From positions 310,001 to 374,000 of the forward strand of contig JAQGDQ010000206.1 in NCBI GenBank assembly GCA_030141605.1: a DNA stretch of 64,000 bases, in the 5' to 3' direction. This document shows positions 1 through 13,922 of the stretch, one piece after another. Source of the DNA: Tubiluchus corallicola (Eukaryota > Animalia > Priapulida). The position numbers were made by a program, and so were the translations under genes. Position 1 is the stretch's first letter; each line of letters opens with the position of its first letter. Under the pieces are notes generated by a model. It did no database searches. It saw only the letters and a program-made list of their open reading frames with translations, and was not told where the DNA came from.

Positions 1-1527
1 TATGAAGAGTTTAAAGATACGTACTTAAGACGTTATTAACATGACGGCTGTGGAAATTAAAGTCTGACTCTGCTGCGCTTAGTTATTAATAATAATAAGA
101 ATGATAATGAAGATGACTAATAATTTTTAGTATGAAACATTACTTAGTTTAATTCAATAAAAATCAGCATAAACACACTTCTTGAAAAAAATATTTTACA
201 CTGCTTGTAGCAAATTAATTATTTATTCGGGTTAAAATGAATTTTATAAGATCGCATGCATCAGAAACTTGAGTCAGACATCAACTTGTTGGAATTTTAG
301 ATTCTATTATTTCATTAATTTATTCTACCACTGTTGAAGCTCAGGCACTAATCAGTGATTGTATCATAAGCTTATCATAATGCACAATCGAAATAGGCGC
401 TCGCTCGTCGAAAATCGAGCGGGATCTGGATTGTATTTAATAGAGCGCCGGTATTACAACTGTTGAAAAGTAAACACTTTTGGTTGCTACTGAGCTATTT
501 TCATGTATTCGAAAGAATGTATTTACATATAAAGCAAAGTGAACTATAATAAAACAGCATAACAAATTTCAGTAAGTTCTACAACCCAAAAATTACATAT
601 ATATATATATATATATATAATAATCTTTATTTGCCATTAAAAACATTGATAATCACTGTTAAAATGTTTAATGATAACATGATTAATTACTTTATCTTAT
701 TAAAATATTGTTAATGATAATTTGATTTTAGTGCCCAAAACAGCAAACATTTCTGGGGCATAGTTTGCGCCTTGTACCCCACCAGGGGCGAGTTGACCTC
801 TAAGCTTTCTACGTGTCACACTGCTTTTTACATCAAATGGCTGGCTCGTCTGCGATAAAGTGAAACAAACGACAACATAAACAATATTGTGAAAGGCTAA
901 AAAGAAAAACAACGAATATTGTGATCCACGGCAAAATGGCTCATCTGATTAGATGAATTCAAAAGCGTTATTTCTATATCTATATATATTTAAAACTTAC
1001 TTGTAATTACTATAACTTTTATATAATATTACATTTTCCACATGGTACTGTACGTTGCCATGCTTTTATAAAACACGCCTGCATTGGTGCACCGTTTGTA
1101 ATTAAATTCGACTTGTGTTTATTGTACGAATACGATTTTCAGGTTCAGTTTCAAATTGCCTCTGACATTTTTGTTCAGAGTAAATAAATTGCTTAAAAGC
1201 CTAACATATGGCTATGACAATAATTAGCATTGCTCAACCTAAACGTCATTATTTAGATAAAGAAAATTTTTAGCACTATTAACATTGTCTCTAGAGTGAT
1301 GTGGAAATTCTCAATGTAGCTAATGCAGAAAGTAATTGCTACATCGATGTGAACAATTAGTGTCTAGTCAGCAGAATTTGTCAGCAGCATAATGATAAAC
1401 TAAATTTCGATTTGTCTAAGTTGACAGTGGCCTTTACTGTTCGAGATCACGTAATCAATTCTGTTTTCCCCACTTGGGAGCCGAAGAAGTTTGCAAAGAC
1501 AATGTTGATTAGGTCAAGATATTTTAG

Positions 1528-1967
1528 AAATAGTACCTGAGGATGTGCTACATACAGAGACTATGCCACTGTTATCTTAGGAAAATTACTTTGGAAATTA
1601 CTAACTGCCTTGGAAAACATCTAACTGATTTAGCTGAAACATCTCTACGTATCAGCTTCAGTAATTTTCCTTTCTGTGAAATTTTTTTCATATCTCAAGG
1701 TCTTCCCTAGCAGATTTGTGTCTGTTAATTTACTAAGACCTTGATTAAATCTAAATAGTACCTGAGGATGCGCTACATACAGAGACTATGCCACTGTTAT
1801 CTTAGGAAAATTACTTTGGAAATTACTAACTGCCTTGGAAAACATCTAACCGATTTAGCTGAAACATCTCTACGTATCAGCTTCAGTAATTTTCCTTTCT
1901 GTGAAATTTTTTTCATATCTCAAGGTCTTCCCTAGCGGATTTGTGTCTGTTAATTTACTAAGACCTT
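1528..1967. repeat. direct tandem duplication, 2 x ~225 bp
   Basis: AAATAGTACCTGAGGATG...TTTACTAAGACCTTG occurs at 1528 and 1753, nearly identical. Confidence 0.9.
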
Positions 1968-4549
1968 GCTTAGATGAATCTCGAAGCACAAATTTTCGAA
2001 CTAAATTTGCCCACTAAAAATGTTATTCGATTTACCCACCTTGAACAGATTCTGCAACACACCAAAAGGTCATGATTTTTTTTAATAATTTGATCTATCT
2101 TCACTTATGAATATTATCATATTTTATAAAATTAATTAATGACGCACTTTTACTTCTCTTTCCAAAAACGATGAAAGACTATATTCACGTCTTCCAGCCA
2201 GTCCACAATAAAACCTGTGTAATTATATGCAGTTACGTTTCAGCAAGTCTAAAAACGGAAGTAGTGCCAACGTCCAACTGGCATAAAAGTTTTTTTGCCA
2301 TATTACTGTCGTGTTTAGTACCAGCCTTCTATTGGTACTATAGAATCTATTATACAACATCTATTATATTATAGTCTGTGCAACATCTACAATAAACGTA
2401 GCATAGTCCTGTCAACACAAAGTATGACCTGAACAAAAATATTGTATAAATCCATATAGACCCACGTTTGCAAAAAAGTTATGAGACTTTCTTATTATAG
2501 TTGTCATGTTGTTTACTAAAAAGCTATTGTATGGCGTAAAGTAATGTTCCCGATTGCCCTCAGCACTCTTGCACTGTAACAGAGGTGGAGTTATTGACCA
2601 ATGCTTGCTTGAGGTCAATTCACAATCGCTTATGCATTTGCAATACTATACCACTCAGAGTGACTATATTAGAATGATTTTAGCTTATTATTAATGTCAA
2701 TTTTGAGTAATTCTGAGCCTGAAATTCCGATGGGATTAAAATTTTCAATTAATTATTAATTATAGTTTTAATACCAAGATTCTTATTAATAAGGGTACAA
2801 ATTAAGCCAAAATTAATTAAATTTAATTGAGATTTAACTTGAAAAATAGGAATTCTGAATAAGGAGGTGTTTGAAGACAGTTTAATATAGAGACTTGATA
2901 TTGCTAAACTATTGTATTCCCAGCGATCATGACAATCTAAAGCTTGTCATTTATACTTTTCCAACCTTGCTCTTCTGAAAGCAATTATTAATTTAGCTCA
3001 TTAGATTAAATTTAATTTTTATCAGTTTGATTATTTGGTTAATCGCCTACCATATTTTTCCACTTCTGAACAAGTCCCTCCTCACAGGATACTTGTTTTA
3101 ATGAGCTAGAGGTTTCCAGCAGTTATTGATGTATGACTATAAATTTTCTGTAATAAGTAGTTAAAAGTGCCGAATTTTGACTTGTCCGCATTCTACAATC
3201 TAGAGTCCTCGATTTTTCTTCATTCTGTATGCCAATAAACTATTTTTAGATAGATCATAGCTGGCTGGGACAGATTAAAAATAAAAGTTTTGCCTTCAGA
3301 GTCTGATTCTTTGAAATGAAATGAACATGCAGTCATGAACTGCAATAAAGTCTTTATATTTACAAAACTATTTATTTTTTATGTTAAAAGCCATTAAATG
3401 CAATATATTGCACTTAGTAAAAATTATTTGTATAAGTATACACAGGAAATGGGGTCCTAAAAATTTGTGTTGCAACAAAATTCAGAAAAATAGAATTTTC
3501 GGGAATATGAAGTGACATCATTACTTCCCGTCGTGCTTTTCGTTCGTATCTTTCAGGATGTTTGGTTTGTGGTGTTGAAGGTCGAATAAAGCTGGGCAAT
3601 CAGGTTGAATCTTTGTATATTTTATATTAAATATTTTACGTAGTTGCACACCATTATATCTGCAAGAAGCGTACAGCAATATTTTTAGTGCGTTAGGCTG
3701 TTTTTTGGAAGTAAATTCTCTCGAAAGTTTCGTACGTACATAATGGCTGTTTCGGTCGCCATGTTTGGGTTAGGCATGGCATGGTGTTACGTTTTTTGGT
3801 TTGTTAATGTTGATTTCTCCATTCTTTAACTTTCATACCTTCAAGATAGTAGTATATAAGCTGATTGAGACGCTTGTAGAAATACTGTACAATGCTGTCA
3901 GCGAAGATTTTCTGCCAAAACAACAGATCGCTTTATCAACGTCATGACGATGATGCATCCATTTGTGTGATGAAACGTTTCTATTTTGAGACGACTTCAT
4001 TCTTTAACGCCCTTGTTTTGGTAGTTTTTCGGAAATGTGTACGCTGCTATATACTTTGCTTATTATATCTAAATCTAAACAAAGTAGTAAGGTGACGAAC
4101 GTGTGACAAATTTTTGTTTTTCGCTTATTCTTTGAGAAATATAAATTATTCATCATTGAACAAATACATATTCAACTATATATGTAAGCACAGTATGTAT
4201 TTAGCTCTTAGTCTTTCTCAGTTTTTGATGATGACAAGATTTTCTTAAACATATATTACAGTAAATATAACTTACGAGAGTGTGAGATACATTCAGTAAT
4301 TGTACTTCTTTGTTATGTCAATTTTCAAAGTTCTGACAATCTCTTACTTCGTATCTTAATTTTAAATTATCTACAGATATGTCTTAAAAATTGAATGTAA
4401 AAGTAATTTGACCGTGGTAGCAGTGAAGAGAGAATTTTCTTGGGTTACTTATATGTGCATTATCAGTTTACACAAAGGAAAAAAGTACATTGTTTTACTG
4501 AAATTAATATGTGTACTTGCGTAGCAAAATCGTCAATAAGTTGGCGATT

Positions 4550-5116
4550 AAGCTTTTCTAATTTTCACATATCCTGAATCTCTATTTCCTGTGCATCATT
4601 TTGATACCAAGTTCACGGCTCTATGTTATTTATAAATCAAGATAATACTCGTTGAAGTTGAGGTGCAGGCTATGCACTGAAAAACATAATCTTGAGAAAA
4701 ATGCTGTTGAAGTTCGCCATTGTTTTTGTCACATTTCTACAAAATACTTAGCAACCGTAAGAGCGGGTGGTTGCTATGGACTTTGCAAGAGCACATTAAT
4801 GTTGTGTTTGAATCCAGTAAATGGCTCTTCCTGACGCCATTGACAATCTGGGCTTGACAATAGAAAAAAGCCAGAAACAAAATGACTGCTTCCACGAGCT
4901 TCTATCGAATTTTGAAAATACGAGTTTTTGACAATGGCATTATTAGTTTGTGGACAGAAAAGTTGGTAGGGTTTTTAAAATTAAATTTAAAGTATTTTTC
5001 AAGCTTTTTTTGATCATTTGATGCTAGAATATAAAAGTCCAACATATTTAGCATTTGTTTTCATAAAAAAACAAAAACCTGACATTTTAAATTTTTTTGG
5101 TGCATTCTACTTTAAA
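4550..5116. mobile_element. interspersed repeat; inverted copy at ~26822-27310
   Basis: CACATATCCTGAATCTC...GGTGCATTCTACTTTAA is the reverse complement of AAGGTAGAATGCACC...GAGATTCAGGATATGTG. Confidence 0.7.
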
Positions 5117-5539
5117 GCACCATGACGAAGTTTTAACTGTGCTGACTTATGGATGGTTTTGATTTGCAAGCTCACATATTTAATGTTATTTTAAAATGTA
5201 CTGTAGTGTGCACGAAAATTGCACTGATTTCATGTGTTTAGAGCTCAGCTGAAGAACATTAAGATGATCCTGACCCTATTTTTTCATGTTCTTGGGTATT
5301 TATATCTTTCTGTATATGTTTTGGAACTCAGCACTGAGACATTGAAATAATTCTGATCCTATGTTTTTTTTTTGAAAATGACTATGTATGTACATCATCT
5401 TGATTCTATGTTTTTTGAACACAGCCATAAAGCATTGAGATGAGTATGACCCTATGTTTTTTGAACATGACCAAGTATTAACATCGTTTCCAATGCTATG
5501 TTTTTAGAACACAGCAATGTATATAGATCAGTGATAAGA

Positions 5540-5755
5540 ATGAACTCTGTGCCTTGGAGCGACGCGCACAGTATGCTTTCCAATGGCGGTCAGCAGGGCC
5601 ATCTTCAGGGACAGGATGTGACTAACACTCGACACAACGTGCTACAGACACAGGACGACCTCAAGGTCGGGTACTTTTTCCAGCGGCCCCAGCTTGACAG
5701 CGAGTTGCAGTACACCAAGAAATGGGCAGTAGGAGATGACAGCATGCTAGAACAT
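5540..5755 (+). CDS. pum: pumilio coding exon 1 (acceptor AG 5506-5507; ATG 5540 is the likely start)
   Basis: MNSVPW...QDDLKVGYFFQR...KWAVGDD resembles PUM1 QDDAMVDYFFQR...RWPTGD; donor GTAAGT at 5756, phase 0. An upstream coding exon cannot be excluded. Confidence 0.85.
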
Positions 5756-6099
5756 GTAAGTTTTAACAATATGTTGAATTTTTCGTGTCTGCTAGGATAT
5801 AAGTTTTCCAGGCCTGATTTTTAATGCTGCCGAGAAGCATGATTTTCCAAATGCTTGAAATCATACTGTTAGAAAATATCGGTTTTCCATGCATTTGACT
5901 GTTCTTGCTGTTGCTCACAGATTTTTCATGTGGCACATATGTGAAAAACAATTTAATTCAATTCACCTTTTATTTCAGCATTAAAACTGCAATACAATAT
6001 CCTAAAAAAAGATAAACTACTTCACATACGCAAGCACATAAAATTAAAATACTAACTCTAACTTTAAAATTATTAAAATAAAATAATAAGTGTTAAAAG

Positions 6100-6272
6100 C
6101 TGATGATGATTATGATGATGATGACGATGATGATGATGATGATTATGATGATGATGATAATGATGATGGTGATGGATGATGATGATAGCAACAACGATAA
6201 TGATGATGGTCATAACAACAACGATAATGATAATGATGACGATGATGATGATGACGATGATGATGATGATTA
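6100..6272. repeat. (GAT)n imperfect microsatellite
   Basis: Directly visible. Confidence 0.95.
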
Positions 6273-6670
6273 TAAGCTGCTCACACCAAATAAGAAGGAT
6301 GACCACAAACAAACAACATTATGACCGCACGTCAGAGTCATTTGCTATATTTGCCATCATGACTACTTGTCTGCACATCGGTCCATACTTCAAGACTATG
6401 CTGCTGTTTTTTGCCTAGCAGTCGAATGCAGTTTTCTGTTGTACAAAATCGTGCCTAACAGCACTCCTTTGAATTTGTTTGTCAAAATGGCGACCATTGT
6501 TTGCCTCCCAATTTACACGAGGCTGGCCATCTCTTCTTTGTGCGTTCGCTATATTTACATCTGTTGTACTATCAGAATATTCGAGTTTTCCTTATGCTTG
6601 ATTTTTATACTGTTACGGTTTGCATACTATCTAGATACATTTTTGCATACATTTTAGAAAATGGATTGTA

Positions 6671-6842
6671 CAGTGGACTCTCGTTACAAGAATCACGCGT
6701 ATAAGAATCAGCTCGATATAAGAATCAAAATCGCGTTTCCCGAATTGAATCAGCAATTGAAAATCCGCTCGTATAAGAATCAGCTCGATATAAGAATCAC
6801 TTTGCCTTCTCCCGAGGTGATTCTTATAACGAGAGTCCACTC
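6671..6842. mobile_element. Tc1/mariner-pogo type MITE
   Basis: TIR CAGTGGACTCTCGTTACAAGAATCAC / GTGATTCTTATAACGAGAGTCCACT, TA on both sides, internal subterminal repeats. Confidence 0.85.
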
Positions 6843-7905
6843 TATCTATATAAAGCTTGTGTCCACTCTATTGAAGAAGCAAGCCACTTGATAGTGCTGT
6901 TCCGATTAATCGATTTTATCAAAAGTCAGTTGGCCATGACTAAGCACTCGATCATATAATTAAAATAATTGATGATTGCTTAATACAATTACTTTGCCAT
7001 CCATTCTGCCGTTTAATTGCAGCGTCGATAGTAAAATATTTTGATGAATGTGAGCGATAACTTTTACAAGTAGAACAGTTACTTAGCAGAAGAAATTGTT
7101 GACGCAGTCTGAAGCAGTCTGCTACACCAACACTGAAGCAGTGCTGCTTACAGCAACGTTCAATATGGGATATCTGTGCGCAGCACTTGCTGCTTTGTGA
7201 GGAGGTGAAGTTTACATCCTTTTGCTCCGATGATGAAAATTTTGCCCAGTTCTGCTGCAGATTTGATGCATGACGACGACAATTAGTCTTTCTGAGGAGC
7301 TTCGTAGTTAACGATGCGCAATTTTGAAATTTTGTAATTCGATTATAATCTTGTTCTCGTAATACGATAAGGCGATTAATCTTTTGCGACTATTTTGATG
7401 AATATGAGCGATAACTTTTACAAGTAGAACAGTTACTTAGCAGAAGAAATTGTCGACGGCCAACACTGAAGCAGTGCAGCTTACAGCAACGTTCAATATG
7501 GGATATCTGTGCGCAGCGCTTGCTGCTTTGTGACATTCTTACTTCATTTTCTGCATTAAGGTGCAGGAGTAAAACAGTAGGCAGTTAACGTTCTAATATA
7601 TAACTTTTAACACTGGCAGGACTCTACAAAATATTACGATCGATTATTAGTCGATCATAATTGAAGGTCAGTGATCAAGCACAGAAATGAGACCAATTCC
7701 CAACAATACCACAAAGAGTAATTAAAAGATGTAACGACAAAGTAAATTTTATTGTGATAGCTAAATATATTGAGTTCGGTGGATAAGTAGAATTTTGCAG
7801 GATCAGTAGTTTAAATTAACAGTTAGAAAATAATCTGCTTGCCTGCGTGAAAATTATCCCTAATTTGCCCTATTTAGTATTTCGAGCATTTGTTGTTGTT
7901 GATAG

Positions 7906-8013
7906 ATACGTGGTACGGATGTGTCGGAGTTGGAAACAAATTTTCAAGCTTTGGCATTGGAGCGAGGCCACCATCATCATCACCATCATAATCAACTGGA
8001 CGTTGGTCAGCAG
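7906..8013 (+). CDS. pum: pumilio coding exon 2
   Basis: IRGTDVSELETNFQALALERGHHHHHHHNQLDVGQQ; FQALALE is conserved in PUM1/2; TAG acceptor, GTAGG donor, phase 0-0. Confidence 0.9.
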
Positions 8014-8434
8014 GTAGGTTTCCACTCTAATTCCACTAGAGCAATACCACAAATCATGGAGTACAAGCAGGTGCAAAGAGACTTCAAGAACTTATCGTAA
8101 TCTTTTTCTGAACGAATGCCTGTTTTACTTTCTAGACAGTAGTGTGATTTGAATAACATTAAGTAGTTTGCTTATTTTTACAATTTTAATTATTAAATAC
8201 AAGTTTGCATATTTTTACAATTTTAATTATTAAATACAAGTTTGCATATTTTTACAATTTTAATTATTTAATACACCGAAGAGCCCGTTTCTTGGAATCA
8301 TCATGTTTATTGAGCGATGATTGTTTCGTCTGTTGAAGCCACCATTGTCAAACTATAAATCAAGTCAAAAAAGAAGAATAAATAATGCATTGATGAGACA
8401 AAGGCACAAACTGAAACTACAAAACTTACAATCT

Positions 8435-8632
8435 TGACTAGAATTTAACTCATCAAAATAAACTTGGTTGTAACTGAAGAAATTGCGGAGAAACGTACAA
8501 AATGTTTGCCTAACACGTTCCTTTTTTTGACCTAACAAATGTCCCGTGTATTAAGTAAAAATTTTGTACATTTCTCATCAGTTTCGTCCGTTACAACCGT
8601 CCGTTTATTTTGAAAAGTCAAATTCCAATCTG
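8435..8632. mobile_element. foldback/palindromic MITE-like element
   Basis: Left CAAAATAAAC..GGTTGTAAC..GAGAAACGTACAAAAT pairs with right ATTTTGTACATTTCTC..GTTACAACC..GTTTATTTTG. Confidence 0.65.
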
Positions 8633-9409
8633 TTGTTTTGTAGCTTATGCTTAGGCTGTGCTCAGGAGGTGAAGTTTACATCCTTTTGCTCCGATGATGA
8701 AAAATTTGCCCAGTTCTGCTGCAGATTTGATGCATGACGACGACAATTAGTCTTTCTGAGGAGCTTCGTAGTTAGCGATGCGCAATTTTGAAATTTTGTA
8801 ATTCGATTATAATCTTGTTCTTGTAACACGATAAGGCGATTAATCTTTTGCGACGATTTTTAGTGTTATTCATATTTAAGCCATGGCGCACAACGGTAGG
8901 CACAACCGTCGTATTGATCACGACCATATCATTTTACTATTGACTTCTACTCATGTGTGATAATATTTTACAATGATCGCAGTGAAATATTTCTTATAAC
9001 TTCTTCACAGCTTCATCGCTGAATGCCATTTTCGTGTTCGAAAACTGTTTTTATAGACACATGTCCTACTTTCTCGTTAACTGCTCTATGACTGCATCAC
9101 TGCATGGCATTACATGTCAACGAATTCAGAGCCCACAGTTTGCGGCACTGTGGTTTAGAATTGTGCGCATTGTGTAAGACGAGAAAAGCAAAGAAAAAAC
9201 ACAAGGATTCGGTTTATTTGTGCTAAAATGCTGCCTCTTAATCAGTATGTAACGCGTATATTTTGCTCTCGATTAATTGAATTCCTGTTCGGTCGTCGAA
9301 TAAATCGATTTATATTTGGCTGTAATCGCGAGTAATTCGATTTATCTACCAATTGCCCTTCACTATTCGTACTAAAATTATGCGCATGTACATGACATTT
9401 CATGACTTA

Positions 9410-9785
9410 CCGTATTTATTCGAGTATAAGGCGCAAACTTTTCTACCTAAAAAAAGAACTCAAAGCTTGGGCTCGCATTATAAACGAGGGCTGGGGTGAC
9501 ACGCTTAGATGTATCAATATCAGACGGTGCAACGTCTAGGCGGTTTGTGAGTTGAGCATTGCATGTTTTGCACAATTACCAATATCCAGAGCTGCAAAGT
9601 TTCACTTCAGTGTTCTTTACATTTTACTTTACGTTGTCAATAAATGATTTTTATCATGGTCGCACGTGTTCAACAACGTTTGTCACTTACAATGCTTGGT
9701 CTGAGCCGAGAAAAAGTGAAACAAAATTTTATACCGATTTGTAATTGAAAATTAGCGGGTGCGCGTTATACATGAATAAATACGG
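9410..9785. mobile_element. pogo/Tc-type MITE with CCGTA termini
   Basis: TA|CCGTATTTATTC ... GAATAAATACGG|TA. Confidence 0.8.
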
Positions 9786-12022
9786 TAGCATGACACATAA
9801 AGCTCCTACATTGTCAGTATGTTTTCATTTCCTTTCTTTTAGGGGTGTCGCGAAGCTCCACGACAGTCGGAGCTTTGAAACCGAATCTAAATCGGCTCAT
9901 CCGTTACAATTTGCTGAAATGCGGATATTACTTTAGGTCCGATTCGACTCCGCAGACTTGTTTAAAAAAAATTCGGTTAAGCTTCTACTGTGCGGAGGTG
10001 GTAGCATTTTATTACAAAAGCAATTATAAACTCTTTTCTTTTTCATTTTTTTTTGCAAAATTACGTAATCTTCTATGTTTTTGTATAATTTTGTTGTACT
10101 TCAAACACAAAAATGGCGCCATATTCAGTTTCAGTTTGTCTGCAAAACTTGAAATTATATGCCAAATTATGCATTGCATTACGATTTTAACTGCTAGTTT
10201 CGATAAAAGTTCTAAGATTATGCTTAGGGTGTGCTCAGGAGGTGAAGTTTACATCCTTTTGCTCCGATGATGAAAAATTTGCCCAGTTCTGCTGCAGATT
10301 TGTTGCATGACGACGACAATTAGTCTTTCGGAGGAGCTTCGTAGTTAACGATGCGCAATTTTGAAATTTGCATTTAGTATTTCTTAAGCACTATGCTGCA
10401 TTCACAGTGGCTAGGTTTTTTTTACACCGAGTACAGCACATTCGAATAAGATTCAATTTACAGAATTATTTAAAAAATTGAGATCTGAATTCAACTCGAT
10501 TTTGCAAATTATTTTTTCTTTAGATTTGGACTTCATCCGCATTTGAAAATTATTTTAAATCGTGATTCAGACTTGATCCGATTTCAAAAATTATTATAAA
10601 ATGAGATTCGATATCGCTAATTTTAAGATTTGTGACATCCCTACATTCTTTTTTCTCACCAGAAATTGCTTGACAAAGTCTGATTTGTTTAGTTTGTTCA
10701 TAGTTTTATTGTTCTTTAGGAACAAATAGGGTTCTTTAGGTTCTAATATGGAATTTAGCATCAAAGTGGGTTGATAATAAATTATAGGGATTGCCTCAGA
10801 TGGCTTCTATGATTCATGAACATTGGATTGCATTTTTGCAAATTTGATATTTGATGGTGCTGTCGAGTATTGCTGACGAATTTTTACCGCTTCTTTGCTT
10901 CCATTATACTTAGTGTCATACTTTAGCCCGGAAGGGTGGAGCATGTCCCAAAATCTCCTCGATTACAGCAATTTTTAAAGATGATTTTAATGATTCTGAC
11001 TCCTTACTTTAAATCATTTTATTAACTAAACGTTTCAAGTTGATTTTATATTACGAATCTTAAGAAATGTGTATTCCATGTTTACATTTAAGGGAAAACC
11101 GAATCCAGTCTTGTACTATAGCTCAAGATAAACAAACCCATAAATTTTTGAGAAGAAACATGCCATTCTTTCAAGAATGAGTTGTATGCACGAATTATTA
11201 CCACAGAAATGTAATTTCGCGTTCGCACCACTAGTTTTTCGCTGTTACATGCATTTCACCATTCGCTAGCTAAATGGGTACCAGCATCTGCATCTCTGAA
11301 ATGCAAAAAACGGGTGCTGTACTCTCAGTGCAGAGTTGTTCATTTTTTGACATAATGCACGCATTCGACAGCTCAAGCGTGAGCACAGCACTAAACTTGA
11401 AATTTGAATTTCAAACTTAAAATTTGTAGAGTTTTTGTACATCACACTGGACGTTGAGCAGTGGCACTTTTTCGCTTTCGCAAACACGTGCAACACGCTC
11501 GCGGGATGTTGCTGCTGTCGAAAATTACGTTCAGTTGTTGTGTCATCACTTCTTGGCTCGCCTGCCTTTAATTGAGTTTTTAACCTATTATTTAATTATT
11601 AGAAACACTTGGCATTATTACAGGTGTTAAAATGCCTAGTTTACCGGGATTTAGAATAGGGTAGGATGTGAGAATTGATCCTGTTTTCCTGTAAAAAGGA
11701 ATATCTTAGCAGCTAACTGTGATTCCTTATTGCTCGAAGAAAAAAAGTTGTTGTTTTAATTGTGCACTTCTGACTGTCCGCGTGCTCTTCCAAATTTGAC
11801 CGACTAAAAAACTTTGACCTCGACTTAAACTCCACGATGGTGGATTTAACAGCAGGTTAGCTCATGTTCACATGTTTGTGTCAGTGAAATATCCTATTGT
11901 GTTATCTAATAGGCGAGCTGCCTCATCAAAGTTCTCTCTGTATGTGCTTCTGGCATCCCTAACAGCTAAATTTATGGAAAATTTTAGCAAAGCAGTGCAC
12001 ACACGCGTGTGTTGTGTTTCAG

Positions 12023-12155
12023 ATCACCCCAGCAGCAAAGAAGATTTGGAACGTGGATGCTGAAGATGTGAAAGGGGAGGATGCTAAGGGCATATTTCTG
12101 GGAGATCAGTGGAGAGAGTCTGCAGCTTGGAGTACAGGGCCCATTCAACCCTCTG
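12023..12155 (+). CDS. pum: pumilio coding exon 3
   Basis: ITPAAKKIW...KGIFLGDQWRESAAW matches PUM KGIFLGDQWRDSAW; TTTCAG / GTGAGT; phase 0-1. Confidence 0.93.
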
Positions 12156-12464
12156 GTGAGTGAATTGGAGTATTTTTGAGTCCTTTTTCAGTCAACAAAC
12201 TTCCTACTGACTTTAACCTTGCTCTGATCAACTAAAATTACCTGAGAACTATAGATCGAAAATACAACATTTTTCATTTTTGATACTGAAAAATTTAACC
12301 TACATCTTAAAATTGCCTAAATATATGTGCTATCTTTACATGTAATACATATGGAATAAATTTGATATGAGCAAAAAATAAACAATATTAGGCAAAGGAA
12401 AGAAAAGAAAAGTTTATCGACAATATTACTGAGAAGCCCATGTTGTAATTTTACACCTAAAGAA

Positions 12465-13469
12465 GGTGCCGCTTAATAGACTCAATCGCTTAATTGACTC
12501 AAAAACGTTTGGGTAATGGGCTGCTTCTATTCAAACGTACATAAAAACTGTCTGTAATTGACCGAAATAACACATAGTTATTTACCCAAAGAACGTTTCC
12601 TACTTTTGTGTCATCTGTACATCGCTTTTGTGCACTGTAATGTATGTAGAAACAATCGTGTTGAGTACGGTTTTGTTTGTAAGCAGGAACATTATATACG
12701 CTATATGCTAGCGTAGCGGTTTTGCTTTGAATCTGTTACTCGCTCGTCCACTGCAATTAACCTCCGTTACCCAAGAATTTCTGGAAGCTAAATATTTAAT
12801 CACTTGTCTAGCCGTTTGCTTTTGAAGATCTCGCTGCAAGTCACGCATTCACGCCTAATCAGTTAACAGTCAAAGATGCAGGTACAGTAATGAGCCAGTT
12901 TTCGTTGTGACTTACAAGAATAAATATCATCACTGGTGACTGATAAAAACAAGAATACCCAGTGTTTTAAAGGTGTTGCAAAGTTACAGGTAGATGCGTG
13001 ACATCTGTATTGTATAATGAATGGTTAGTGAAATGAGATGCGAGCTTAAGTAAAGCATTATTTTACTGGTAGACAACTGGCAAACTTCGAAGGAATTTTT
13101 GTAGTTTTTGCAAATCAGTAGACCTGTGTGATTTAGAAAAGTATACTTTTTAATTCATTGCAAACTAATTTATATAGATTAGTATTTTGAAGTGCACAAG
13201 GGAATTTAGGCATTACTTTGTTTCTAAAATTCATTAAAAACCTTAGCAGTGCTACTTGAGCTCTTTAGGCATTACTTCGTTTTTAAAATTCATTAAAAAC
13301 CTTAGCAGTGCATACTTGAGCTCTTTAGGCATTACTTCGTTTTTAAAATTCATTAAAAACCTTTACAGCTCTGTACCAGTAATACTACCCCATCGGTTAA
13401 TAGGTTCACTCGGTTAATTGGGTCAAAACACTTCGGTCCCAAAGTGAGTCTATTAAGCAGCACTTACTG
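12465..13469 (+). mobile_element. pogo/Tigger-like non-autonomous transposon with transposase relic
   Basis: TIR (GGTG)CCGCTTAATAGACTCA / TGAGTCTATTAAGCAGCAC; family copies at 37623-38820 and ~55095-56048. Confidence 0.8.
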
Positions 13470-13922
13470 TTTTGGTTATTTTAGATGTGCGATATACATC
13501 TTATTATGAAATTTAACTTCCATCCCAGTTTAACTTGTTAGCGTTGGTGCAAAATTCTGTAGCGTGTAGTATCAACACATTGTCCCTAATGCAACTGCGT
13601 TTATTTGGTTTCTGTTGTGCCCATGTATGCTGCCGTGTACTTTAGCTTATCCCTCCGAATTGTGTGGACTTTGATGTTTTTTTACGGAATCTTAAGACAT
13701 TTTTAACGAATTTCACAAGAAGAAACAATCAGAACTTATAAAATGCCGTCATGAAGTAACTGTGAATTTTTGTGCTAAAATGTTTTTACCAGAAAACTTT
13801 TATTTGTGATCTGTTTTGCTTGTGCAATTGTAAATGTATTTGTCAGTGTAATTTCTGATTGAGAGAAGTTTATGCTTAAATGATAGTAAGTTTCTGTAGT
13901 AACAATGGCTCAATATTCCCAT

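Larger units (their letters stand above)
7200..10370 (+). repeat. three dispersed copies of a ~130-190 bp segment (at ~7200, ~8665, ~10238)
   Basis: GGAGGTGAAGTTTACATCCTTTTGCTCCGATGATGAAAA...GCGCAATTTTGAAATT repeated nearly identically. Confidence 0.85.

Noticed and set aside
2171-2618. Short ORFs upstream of pumilio
   Set aside because: No recognisable domain or consistent exon chain; cannot be supported
6073-6418. Poly-M/D/H/I ORFs
   Set aside because: Translations of a (GAT)n microsatellite
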